Positions 48,839-57,277 of a DNA stretch of 64,000 nucleotides are shown here, one piece after another. Source of the DNA: a virus (taxonomy: Duplodnaviria; Caudoviricetes). The stretch spans positions 64,001 through 128,000 of IMG/VR virus record IMGVR_UViG_3300037467_003067; one strand, written 5' to 3'. A program made the position numbers and the translations under genes. Positions within the stretch are counted from its first letter, which is position 1, and each line of letters starts with the position of its first letter. The notes under the pieces were generated by a model. The model worked only from the letters and a program-made list of their open reading frames with translations. It had not been told where the DNA came from and did no database searches.

Positions 48839-50565
48839 GAGGGCTACATTTCCAACGCTGGCTTGAGAACCAGGAATATGACCAATTCCGTGGGCTGATC
48901 GATCAGGCTGCCCAAGGCAGAGACTTTGCATTCAAAAGTTGGTTCCCTGAAGGTGAACGTGTATACATTCCGTTCACCCCTCAAGGAGGCGAACAACAAA
49001 ACTACGACAAAGATATCGCCGAAGCCCTGAGTGACATTGGGTATACCATCAAAGATTACCGTGCCGGGCTGGCAGTCAATGCTCAAGGACGAGTCATGCG
49101 GATTGGCAAATTGCTCAACAGTATGTACCAGAAGGATATCGCCGAACTCGATGCCAGCAGAGCGAACATCTCTCCAATTACTTACGAACGAAAGAGAAAA
49201 GAGAATATCGAGTATTGGACCGAATTGTTGAATATGTTCCAGAATTCACCTTATCGGTCGCATTCGGCAACCGGCGACACACAGGCTTACTACGTCGTGA
49301 TCAGCAGCAACATCCACGACATCGGGGCGATGTCCACGGGAAGGTCGTGGGAATCTTGCATGAACCTTCAGAAAGGTGCCCACTCCGACGACGTGTATTG
49401 CGAGGTGAAGAAGGGCGGCTTTGTCGCCTATCTGATCCAAGGCAATGACCGAGACATCAAGCGACCTTTGGCTCGAATCTCGATCAAGCGATTCGAGAAC
49501 AAGGCTGGAGATTCGATTGCGATGCCCGAAGACACGGTCTACGGCAACGACATGTCCGGTTTCCAGGAGACCGTGAGGAAGTGGATCGAGTCCAAGCAAG
49601 GACCGGTCAAGGTTGGTCTGTATAAGAGACGGGGCGGGGAATACTCGGACAGCCTCGGCTCGCATCATATTCAGGGCGACACGACTGCCAAGGGCTTAAT
49701 GAGAATGATTCGTTTCGGTCTCAGCAAGGGGACCTGGAATCCCCGTCGCCGTCCCTATTTCGATGCGGCAATCAAGGAGATCAATTCCGGCAAGCAGCGA
49801 TTCGGTCTCAAATTCTTGCGCAAAGTCGCCGACATTCTCAAGGGACAGTCTCAGGGTTTTCGCAAGGATGAGCTTGTAGATTTTGCGATGGCTCACCCTC
49901 AGGCAGTTGACAAAGAATTGTATGAGATGCTGCCGGAATTCAAGAAGGACAAATTTGATGAGATCGATCCCAAGTTCACGCAGGATCGAATCGTCAAGGC
50001 ATACGAACTTTTGGATGGCGGGTTAACTATCGAGAACCCGGCATTGGAATTGGATAAAGGATTGAATTACGGAAACGTCGGCAAGATTAACGACCTTCTC
50101 CAGCACACTCAGAAGATCAAGCAAATGCCCGAGAGTATGATCCGACAAGTGGTCCAATTCGGCAAAGATTTGCTGGAGAGGTTCGGGGGCGAGATCCAGA
50201 GGAAACCGGCAAGATTACCGGGGGCACGAAGCCCTCTGATTTCGGCACTTGGGTCCGTCATTCATGCTCTTGACATGGCACATGCCGATACGCCAACTGT
50301 TGTCAATTGGTATCATGAGTTGTTGCCTTATTTTGATGACTTGGGTGGAATCAATGGGTCATTTGGACGAGCTTTTGCTCGGCTGGGAATCAACGGGACA
50401 CCGTTCCTGTCATTCTTGCAAAAGAAAAAGCAAGAGTTGGAAGAGAAGGCGGCACGAGGCGAGGGATATCCTGAATTCAATAAAAAGCAAATTGAACAAT
50501 TCAATTATGTGATTGATTCGATTGAGAATGGTTCGGGGAGATCTGACAGGTATACGTACTTCTGA
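48835..50565 (+). CDS. hypothetical protein with capsid-targeting-like N-terminus
   Basis: LHFQRWLENQE; conserved-looking DI.AMSTGRSWESCM and PLARI motifs. Confidence 0.7.
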   Translation: MRGLHFQRWLENQEYDQFRGLIDQAAQGRDFAFKSWFPEGERVYIPFTPQGGEQQNYDKDIAEALSDIGYTIKDYRAGLAVNAQGRVMRIGKLLNSMYQKDIAELDASRANISPITYERKRKENIEYWTELLNMFQNSPYRSHSATGDTQAYYVVISSNIHDIGAMSTGRSWESCMNLQKGAHSDDVYCEVKKGGFVAYLIQGNDRDIKRPLARISIKRFENKAGDSIAMPEDTVYGNDMSGFQETVRKWIESKQGPVKVGLYKRRGGEYSDSLGSHHIQGDTTAKGLMRMIRFGLSKGTWNPRRRPYFDAAIKEINSGKQRFGLKFLRKVADILKGQSQGFRKDELVDFAMAHPQAVDKELYEMLPEFKKDKFDEIDPKFTQDRIVKAYELLDGGLTIENPALELDKGLNYGNVGKINDLLQHTQKIKQMPESMIRQVVQFGKDLLERFGGEIQRKPARLPGARSPLISALGSVIHALDMAHADTPTVVNWYHELLPYFDDLGGINGSFGRAFARLGINGTPFLSFLQKKKQELEEKAARGEGYPEFNKKQIEQFNYVIDSIENGSGRSDRYTYF

Positions 50566-50585
50566 CGTACACCTGTCAGTTAAGA

Positions 50586-50870
50586 TCACTTCTTCTTGTT
50601 AAGAATACGGTCCGCACAACGCTTGATGCCCTCGGGGTTGGGGGCGTTGTGGGCATAAGCCTTGGCGGCTCGGGCTTGCTTGGCATTAGTGACGGGGAAA
50701 CTGCCCTTGGGAGCACCACCGGCTGGACCACAAAACGGACCTTCGCCCGCCGACGAGGTCTCGCGATCCTTGCCAACATTCGATCCGCCCGGCTTCTTGC
50801 GAGCAGCTTCTTCATCCTTCGGCAGACCTTCGCTTTCCTTTGCTTCTAAAAATTCTTTCCAGGTTATCAT
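50586..50870 (-). CDS. small basic protein with capsid-targeting-like N-terminus
   Basis: MITWKEFLEAKES; SD GGAG. Confidence 0.75.
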   Translation of the reverse strand: MITWKEFLEAKESEGLPKDEEAARKKPGGSNVGKDRETSSAGEGPFCGPAGGAPKGSFPVTNAKQARAAKAYAHNAPNPEGIKRCADRILNKKK

Positions 50871-50878
50871 ATAATTAA

Positions 50879-50926
50879 AACTCCAAAAACTAAACCGCAT
50901 CTAAGCGATATCTAGTTTTTGGAGTT
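50879..50926 (-). promoter_or_regulatory. hairpin covering the SD, with an embedded late-promoter-like motif; also terminator-like
   Basis: 14-bp inverted repeat aactccaaaaacta / tagtttttggagtt; TAGATA at 50914-50909. Confidence 0.55.
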
Positions 50927-50932
50927 CACTTT

Positions 50933-51190
50933 CTAAGTCCGTTTTTCAAGTTGGTCAATTGCTGCTTCCGTTGATATCTTGGGTTTGATGCTGTCCCGGT
51001 ATCTCAACTTTTCCTTTGGCATGACTTTGGGAACGATCCTGGCTGAATATAGCCTGTTATAATCGCACCGTTCATTGATAATGGTTGCCGCCATTCTCGC
51101 CATAGTTTCTTGCTTGTATTTCAACGGTCCTTCGCTGTTACCCATCCAGACCTTGTCAACGGTGTCCCAGCAGCCGTAAACTTTCGCCAT
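50933..51190 (-). CDS. hypothetical protein
   Basis: SD AAGGA. Confidence 0.65.
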   Translation of the reverse strand: MAKVYGCWDTVDKVWMGNSEGPLKYKQETMARMAATIINERCDYNRLYSARIVPKVMPKEKLRYRDSIKPKISTEAAIDQLEKRT

Positions 51191-51253
51191 GGTGTTTGTG
51201 TCCTTGAAAAAATACCCAGACCAAGGTAGAAACTACCTTGGTCTGGGATATGG

Positions 51254-51589
51254 TCAACTAAGTCTGCTTCCCGAAGCCACTTCGACTGTGGGCGAACAGA
51301 GGGCAAATCTGCCCTGATCATCCTTTGCCGCCAGGACCATGCCGTGGCTCTGTTCTCCCCGCAAGACCCGAGGCTCCAGATTGGCGACGATGACGATCTG
51401 CTTGCCGATCATGGCAGCAAGGTCTTCGGCGTTGTAGTAGTCACGAATCCCGGCGACGATCTGGCGTTCGTTATCTGGTCCAAGCAAGACCTTGAGCAGT
51501 ACGAGTTTGTCGGCTTTGGGATGCGGAGTTGCCTCTAAGATGGTGACGACTCGCAGATCAATCGCTTGGAATTGCTCGAAAGTGATCAC
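51254..51589 (-). CDS. stand-alone tRNA-binding OB-fold protein (MetG C-terminal/CsaA/Trbp111-like)
   Basis: DLRV..I..A..HP.ADKL, RQIVAGI, VANLEPR.L.G..S.GM.LAA. Confidence 0.9.
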   Translation of the reverse strand: MITFEQFQAIDLRVVTILEATPHPKADKLVLLKVLLGPDNERQIVAGIRDYYNAEDLAAMIGKQIVIVANLEPRVLRGEQSHGMVLAAKDDQGRFALCSPTVEVASGSRLS

Positions 51590-51602
51590 GAAGTCTCCTT
51601 CA

Positions 51603-52709
51603 TTAAATGCTCACGGCTTTCCAGCCCAATGTTTCGCCTGCACGGTACGGGCGAAATTCGTGGATCGAATCAGGAACAGTCCAGGATTCTTTGACTAACC
51701 TAGTTCTCTTTTGACAAGTCAACAAACCATAGAAATTTCGACCATTCCTCGACACGAACTTCTCGAACCGTTCAATCCGGATCTCGTCCAAGCCCTTGAT
51801 TGCCGGTCCTGGATTAAACGCCTCCCAGACCGATTCTAGCAGACACGGAGAATTGAAGACTCCGGCGCACCCTTCATCACATTCTTTCTTGCTGATCTCA
51901 TGAGGAGCGGTGTCTGATCCCAAGAAGAAGCAACCCTCTGCCTTTATTGCCGCTTCCACGAGTGCTTTTTGGTCACGCTTGTACTTAACCACCGGCATGC
52001 AGTAAAGGTGTGGTCGGAGTTTTCCCGCGAGTAGGTTGTCCAGTGAGTTTTGAAGGTGGTGCGGGGTGATGGTTGCGGCGATCCTGCCGGGAGCCCAGCG
52101 ATGCCACTCTCTAACCTTTTCCACAGCTTCCTTGGTCGTGATGTGTTCCAAAACGATGCGGAGTTTGGAAAACGCTTGGAGGTAATAAGGAACCAACTGG
52201 AGAAAGTTGGATTCTCGTTCCAAGATTTCGTTCTGTTCTTCTATGACGTTCTCGATCTCGCCGTGAAAGGAAAGCACCATACCGAGTCTTTCGATCTCTG
52301 CGATGGTTTGTAGAAAAAGGGAATTTTTCCTAGGGCTGTAGAGAAGTCGTACTAAGTCGGCATGAGGGGTGCCGTCGTGGGCATTGGTCGTAACGCCCTC
52401 AGGATAGACCTTGAAGCCCACAGCCCCCGCCTTGTAGACCTCGCGAACGGTCTCGGGCGTGGTCGCAGTCAACATCTTGGCGAGGATATGGGGACGGCAA
52501 TCGCCGAGGTGAGGTTTGATCTGCTCGTCGTAGGTGAGGACGGTCTCGCCGTTCCAGACAGGAGGTGTTGTGTTGGGCATGACTATGGCATCACCACAGA
52601 CCCGACCCGTATAGGGGGCGACCTTGGCTATGGTCTCGCCTTGCCGCAAGTGGGTGTGGGCGTCGAAGGGAGCCTCAATCGTGAAGTCAGTGATGTATTC
52701 GACAGGCAT
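51603..52709 (-). CDS. pyrC: dihydroorotase (E. coli-type)
   Basis: D.H.HLR, VMPN..PP, K.YP.G.TTN, HGE, LEHITT, YCMPV.K, FLGSDTAPH. Confidence 0.93.
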   Translation of the reverse strand: MPVEYITDFTIEAPFDAHTHLRQGETIAKVAPYTGRVCGDAIVMPNTTPPVWNGETVLTYDEQIKPHLGDCRPHILAKMLTATTPETVREVYKAGAVGFKVYPEGVTTNAHDGTPHADLVRLLYSPRKNSLFLQTIAEIERLGMVLSFHGEIENVIEEQNEILERESNFLQLVPYYLQAFSKLRIVLEHITTKEAVEKVREWHRWAPGRIAATITPHHLQNSLDNLLAGKLRPHLYCMPVVKYKRDQKALVEAAIKAEGCFFLGSDTAPHEISKKECDEGCAGVFNSPCLLESVWEAFNPGPAIKGLDEIRIERFEKFVSRNGRNFYGLLTCQKRTRLVKESWTVPDSIHEFRPYRAGETLGWKAVSI

Positions 52710-52728
52710 GGTGATGTCCTTGAAATGA

Positions 52729-52767
52729 AAAGACCGCCCGCCAAAATACCCTTATTGGCGGGCGGTA
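52729..52767 (-). terminator. intrinsic terminator closing the structured RNA
   Basis: accgcccgccaa / ttggcgggcggt followed by a T run on the minus strand. Confidence 0.75.
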
Positions 52768-53355
52768 TAGGTTTGTGCTTATTCGCTTGTCCGTGGCTTC
52801 CGTTTAATCCAGTCCTGAGTCTGAGCCAGGCGCTTAACCTTTAAGCTACCCCCGCTAATATGGACCAAATTTTTAAGAGCGGGGGACGAGAATCGAACTC
52901 GTAATCTCCTGGGTTTGAGACTGGAACTCGACCGGACAATAAGCACAGTAAGGAGTCTGTTGGCGATAGTCTCAGCCTGATTTTGCCCTTTACGCTCTGC
53001 CGCTGGCGTACCCCGGCGTGGTCTAGTGGGAATGCCGGGGGAAGGATTCGAACCTTCGACCTAAGGGACAATTTAAGTCTAAGTCTAAGCCTAAGACTGC
53101 GCCTCTAACCGCAGGAAAGTTCTGCGGTTAGTTTGATGGGGACGAACCGTTCTTCTGAACTTACGGAAATCTAAGGGAACCTTAGCCCTGTCAGATTCTT
53201 GGACTCACCACAGCCTTATTTCTAAGGTCTTACACGGTGATAACCTAGTCTTTCAACTAGCTTCTCAAGCGTGAATTCCCGTAGAACTTACGGTACTTAA
53301 TCTGAAAGAGTATTTCCCTCTTAAATTTCCGAAGGTTTTTCTTCAACTGTTCGAA
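52730..53355 (-). ncRNA. large structured RNA with two circularly permuted tRNA-like domains
   Basis: Two units ordered T arm, loop-closed acceptor stem, D arm; long enclosing helices; several GAAA-capped hairpins; no credible ORF. Confidence 0.8.
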
Positions 53356-53359
53356 ACCC

Positions 53360-54109
53360 CTATTTCACGAGGTCTCCGAAGACGAAGCCGAGGACAGCAT
53401 CACCACACTTCTTCTGCTCGACCTCGATGCTGTTGGCTTCCTCGCGAGCGACCTTGATCGCGTCCTTGAGAGCCCGGACGCGCTTGAGAGCATTGTTTCG
53501 GTCTTGGATGCGGATGGCTCCTGATTTCTTGGTGTTGTTCCAGACCCCGATCGGCTTGTCCACATGCTGAACTTGAACCTGTGCCGGGTGCTTGTCGGTC
53601 GCTTTGGCGAGTTCCAAGACTTCGGCGACCTTGGCAAGTTTCTGGGTCACGTAAGGATCGGTCGTATAGCCGCCTATCTCGGGATCGGGCTTCCAATTCT
53701 CGGAGGGATCGAGCGTCGGGAGCTTGGCAATGAACGTCTCCAGATCGGTGACTTGCTTCTCCAAGAAGAGCAAATTGGTCACCGGAACACCGGAGAGGAC
53801 GACCTTGCCGTCGACCTTGATGTCAGCTTTGGCGATCGTGTTCCCGATGTCTTGAGTGAGGACAACATCCAGCATGGGAGCCAGAGCCGATTTCACTTCG
53901 GAAAGGACATTCGGAATCGTATTCTGGACCCGTTTGATCTCAGGAGGTAGGTGGTTGGCTTGTCCGTCCTCAAACGGCTCGTACCTCCGGTATAAGCCCG
54001 TGAGAGAATCCGGTTTGAGACGAAGGTGTGCGTCCGTAAGGACTTTCTGGGCATTGGTCTTTTGCCCCGAAACCACCGCCACAATCTGGCAAAGCTTTGC
54101 CTTACTCAT
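53360..54109 (-). CDS. conserved-looking ~250-aa hypothetical protein, candidate partner of the downstream RNA
   Basis: Strong codon bias, own promoter; KL.QI.AV..G.K, VPVT.LLFLEKQ, LPTLDP..W motifs; helical character. Confidence 0.8.
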   Translation of the reverse strand: MSKAKLCQIVAVVSGQKTNAQKVLTDAHLRLKPDSLTGLYRRYEPFEDGQANHLPPEIKRVQNTIPNVLSEVKSALAPMLDVVLTQDIGNTIAKADIKVDGKVVLSGVPVTNLLFLEKQVTDLETFIAKLPTLDPSENWKPDPEIGGYTTDPYVTQKLAKVAEVLELAKATDKHPAQVQVQHVDKPIGVWNNTKKSGAIRIQDRNNALKRVRALKDAIKVAREEANSIEVEQKKCGDAVLGFVFGDLVK

Positions 54110-54169
54110 GGTCCCCAGAGTCCTCAAATCTTGAATTTGTTGAAAACTGAACTTGATGCTGATGATCTT

Positions 54170-54198
54170 ATTGTATCTGGCTTAGACAACTTTGTAAA
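54170..54198 (-). promoter_or_regulatory. early promoter
   Basis: gTTTACA-N17-TACAAT. Confidence 0.75.
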
Positions 54199-54258
54199 CC
54201 AAGTTTTTTGAATTCCTGTCCGGTATTGCGTCACCTCTACCGGACAGGAATAAAAGGG

Positions 54259-54702
54259 TCAGGCTTGGGGAGAAGGAGCCTGATCCTTTGTCTGCTTCTG
54301 TCCTCGTTTCTTGCGAGGCTCGAACAGGTAGGGACACAGGGCGCGGACGATCGGCTCGTGGTATTCGCGAGGAAGCTTGGCATTTCGCACCAGTCGCTTC
54401 GTCGCGTAGCGGATGCCAGTTTTTTCGTCGAACACGTCCGGCGGTTTGCAGCAAGCCCGCGACACGCAGGTCGTCTTCTGCCCCGGAGAAATGGAAAGCT
54501 CGATCCGCACCTCGGGTACGGAAAAGGGAACTGTGACCAGACAGCCGGTCGTGTCTCGGCACCATCGTCCGAAAGCACGAACGCGAGTGTCTACCGATCC
54601 CATTCCGAACAAGATGACCGCCTGAGCGGTTTTCCCATCAGGTAGGGCAATCTTGACGATTTGATTCGCAGGTGGTTTCCACTTCTTGCCATTTTTGCTC
54701 AT
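54259..54702 (-). CDS. hypothetical basic protein
   Basis: SD GGGAG; downstream of an early promoter. Confidence 0.65.
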   Translation of the reverse strand: MSKNGKKWKPPANQIVKIALPDGKTAQAVILFGMGSVDTRVRAFGRWCRDTTGCLVTVPFSVPEVRIELSISPGQKTTCVSRACCKPPDVFDEKTGIRYATKRLVRNAKLPREYHEPIVRALCPYLFEPRKKRGQKQTKDQAPSPQA

Positions 54703-54760
54703 TCGCTTCTCCCTGTGAGTTTTGTTGATGAAATACGATCTTGCGTGCTAATTGGAAGTC

Positions 54761-54789
54761 ATTGTATCTTGACACAAACCAATTGTAAA
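54761..54789 (-). promoter_or_regulatory. early promoter
   Basis: gTTTACA-N17-TACAAT. Confidence 0.75.
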
Positions 54790-54852
54790 CTGAAAACTCG
54801 GAAAAATCCAAATTGACTGGCGAAAGCATCCGGGACTGACTCGTTTACTCTC

Positions 54853-56481
54853 ATGGACACAACCGAAGATATCAGCCGATTTTCTCACCCCAAGATGGCA
54901 TACTACCGCTACGTCTACCGCAACAGTCCGAAATGGGATGGCAAGCAATCGCTGGAAAACAAGACCGTCATCGTCTACGGCGAACAGGGTTATGGCGACA
55001 TCATCCAATTCGTCCGCTACATCCCCTCCCTAATGCATCAGAAATGCCGCGTAATCGTCCACTGCCCCCAACCCCTTCACCGGCTCTTCGGAGTTAGCAG
55101 CATCGGTCACGAATGGATCGACCGCGACATCGAGGAATTACCCGACCACGACTTTCACATCCCTTCCATGAGCATGCCATTCAAGGGACTAACTGAAACT
55201 CCATCCCCTTATCTCAAAGTCTCTGAAAAAAGAAACGACATCCAAGGCGAATTCAAAGTGGGGATCGCCTGGGAAGGCAATCCCGAACATTCGAACAACT
55301 TCCTGAGGAGTTGCCACCTCTCCCTCTTCCAGCAAATTCAGGAATTGCCCCATGTGACAATGTACATGCTACAAGAAAAAATCAACATTCCAGAATTCGC
55401 CGATGTCAACGAGAACTTCCAACTCTTCTCCGTGAATAAGACCGATTTCTACGATACCGCAACCCTCATCAATTCCATGGACCTGATCATTTCGGTAGAC
55501 ACCTCAGTCTTACATTTAGCAGGTGCCTTGGGCAAGGAAAATGTCTACGGACTTCTCTCCAATCCCTGCGATGCCCGCTGGGAAGTCAAAAATTGGTATC
55601 CCAATACAACCCTTATCCACGACCAAGACGGCAACTGGACCAATACATTCCGAACCCTGGAAAGGGTTGCTGCTTCCAAGAATACAGCAGTCAAGATACA
55701 TCGCCAATTCAAAACTAAAGAAAACTACGACAGCATCCTCGTCACGGGCGGCATCGGCGACTTCATCGCCCTCGAAAGTCACATGAATAATGACCTCAGG
55801 AAAAGGATCAAGCGGATATATCTTGCTACCCGTGCCGATCAAACAATCGAGCAATTGGCTCGACCGATCTTCAACGAAGCCGATATCGTCAAGATATTTT
55901 CCGACTACACAAAGATGACGTTCTATCAGAAGACCGAGGTCGCCGCCCATCTCAAAGCAATCAAATGCCCTTTCCCATCCGATTGGCGTTCGGTGGAAGA
56001 TTGGAGCATCCTCGTCAAATTCGACGAGATCAACCGAGGCAAGTATCGCTACCACGGCACCAAAATTTTCGATCACATCAATGATTGCTTTGATTGGGAC
56101 AATTATATCGTTGTTTGTCCCATGACCAATACCGAGAGAGATACGGGACGTGACTTCGACCAGAAAGACTGGCAGGATACAATTAATCGCCTAGAAATTA
56201 CCAATAAGACCGGAATTGTCATCGCCGGGGAACGAGTGGAAGTCCCGAATCATCACAAGCTAATCAATCTCTCAGGACAAACTTCCCTGTTCGAATCGAT
56301 CGGCATTCTGAAGAAAGCAACGGGTTACATCGGCATCGATTCGTTCCTGTCAATTTTGGCAGCCCAGAGATTCAATCCCCCGAACATCCTCGTGAAAAGC
56401 ATCAATCCACATCTATACAAGTATTCTAATATTTACTATGCTCCACACGAGGACCGAAGTTTTATCAAGCCGAGGCTGTAA
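54853..56481 (+). CDS. tandem GT9-like glycosyltransferase
   Basis: EQGYGD.IQF.RY, VGIAW.GNP.H, ISVDTS..HLAGALG; second unit GGIGD...YIGIDS. Confidence 0.8.
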   Translation: MDTTEDISRFSHPKMAYYRYVYRNSPKWDGKQSLENKTVIVYGEQGYGDIIQFVRYIPSLMHQKCRVIVHCPQPLHRLFGVSSIGHEWIDRDIEELPDHDFHIPSMSMPFKGLTETPSPYLKVSEKRNDIQGEFKVGIAWEGNPEHSNNFLRSCHLSLFQQIQELPHVTMYMLQEKINIPEFADVNENFQLFSVNKTDFYDTATLINSMDLIISVDTSVLHLAGALGKENVYGLLSNPCDARWEVKNWYPNTTLIHDQDGNWTNTFRTLERVAASKNTAVKIHRQFKTKENYDSILVTGGIGDFIALESHMNNDLRKRIKRIYLATRADQTIEQLARPIFNEADIVKIFSDYTKMTFYQKTEVAAHLKAIKCPFPSDWRSVEDWSILVKFDEINRGKYRYHGTKIFDHINDCFDWDNYIVVCPMTNTERDTGRDFDQKDWQDTINRLEITNKTGIVIAGERVEVPNHHKLINLSGQTSLFESIGILKKATGYIGIDSFLSILAAQRFNPPNILVKSINPHLYKYSNIYYAPHEDRSFIKPRL

Positions 56482-57277
56482 CTCTATGACTGGCGGCATG
56501 AGATAGGTGGAAAAGCAATTCTTGAATAACTTGCTGTAACCTTGTTGGATTGGTCTGAATAAGTTGCTGGAAGGCTTGTTGATTATGCTTGAGATTTCGC
56601 ATAAACTGCTGAGCCACAAGCATAGAGTCCGAAGTACCCTTGTCGTCTTTCCCGTAGTTCAATCTTCCCATGCTGGCTCGATCATCCTCTTTCTTGCCAA
56701 TCTGAGAAAAGAATCCTTGTACGGCTCGTTCGATCTGCTGCTGTACATTCGCGTCATAGAAGTGGATGACAATTTGGTCTTTATTCTGATAAAATCCTCC
56801 AAAACTGGTGCCAATCTTAAACCCGATCACATCGGATTGCATATCTGTTTGTACAGTGTCGAGATTCTTGGCAAGTATAGGAAGTGATTGAAGGACGGTC
56901 CATATGTCATTGGGCTGGATTGAAATGTATCTCTTAGAGGTTTGCCCGTTCGTTTTGACGCCCTTGTGATTGCCCTTCCTGTACCACTCGATCCAAGCGC
57001 CATTGCTGTCGGCTGTCCAACCCATGGTTGCCAAAACCTGTGTCAACTTTTGAATAAGTTGCTTATAAGATTGGTTGTATTGTTGATACTGCTGAGGGTT
57101 TTGCATCAAATCCTGGACAACCTTATGCCGTTCCCCGTGATCAGTGAGACTGCCGTAGACGATATTAGTCATGAGTTGTTCAGGAACTTTGCCAGCAAAA
57201 TAATTAGGCAAATTTTGAATAATCAACTGTACATCATTAGCATTTTCTAATAGGTAAAACCAATCTGAAAAATCCAT
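56465..57277 (-). CDS. hypothetical protein with capsid-targeting-like N-terminus
   Basis: MDFSDWFYLLEN; Gln-rich. Confidence 0.7.
   Translation of the reverse strand: MDFSDWFYLLENANDVQLIIQNLPNYFAGKVPEQLMTNIVYGSLTDHGERHKVVQDLMQNPQQYQQYNQSYKQLIQKLTQVLATMGWTADSNGAWIEWYRKGNHKGVKTNGQTSKRYISIQPNDIWTVLQSLPILAKNLDTVQTDMQSDVIGFKIGTSFGGFYQNKDQIVIHFYDANVQQQIERAVQGFFSQIGKKEDDRASMGRLNYGKDDKGTSDSMLVAQQFMRNLKHNQQAFQQLIQTNPTRLQQVIQELLFHLSHAASHRVTASA

Noticed and set aside
51254-51589. MITFEQF as another capsid-targeting-like tag
   Set aside because: It is the normal N-terminus of this tRNA-binding family, and no Glu cleavage motif follows.
52826-53067. Ordinary tRNA genes or a two-piece tmRNA
   Set aside because: Halves are in 3'-then-5' order with no anticodon loop or CCA; full D arms are present and there is no G3-U70 pair or tag ORF. 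Joining unit-1 5' half to unit-2 3' half gives non-matching stems.
53071-53094. Telomere-like TTAGGC/TTAGAC repeats or a CRISPR array
   Set aside because: Only four degenerate hexamers with no spacers; no repeat-spacer array or cas gene seen anywhere in the window.
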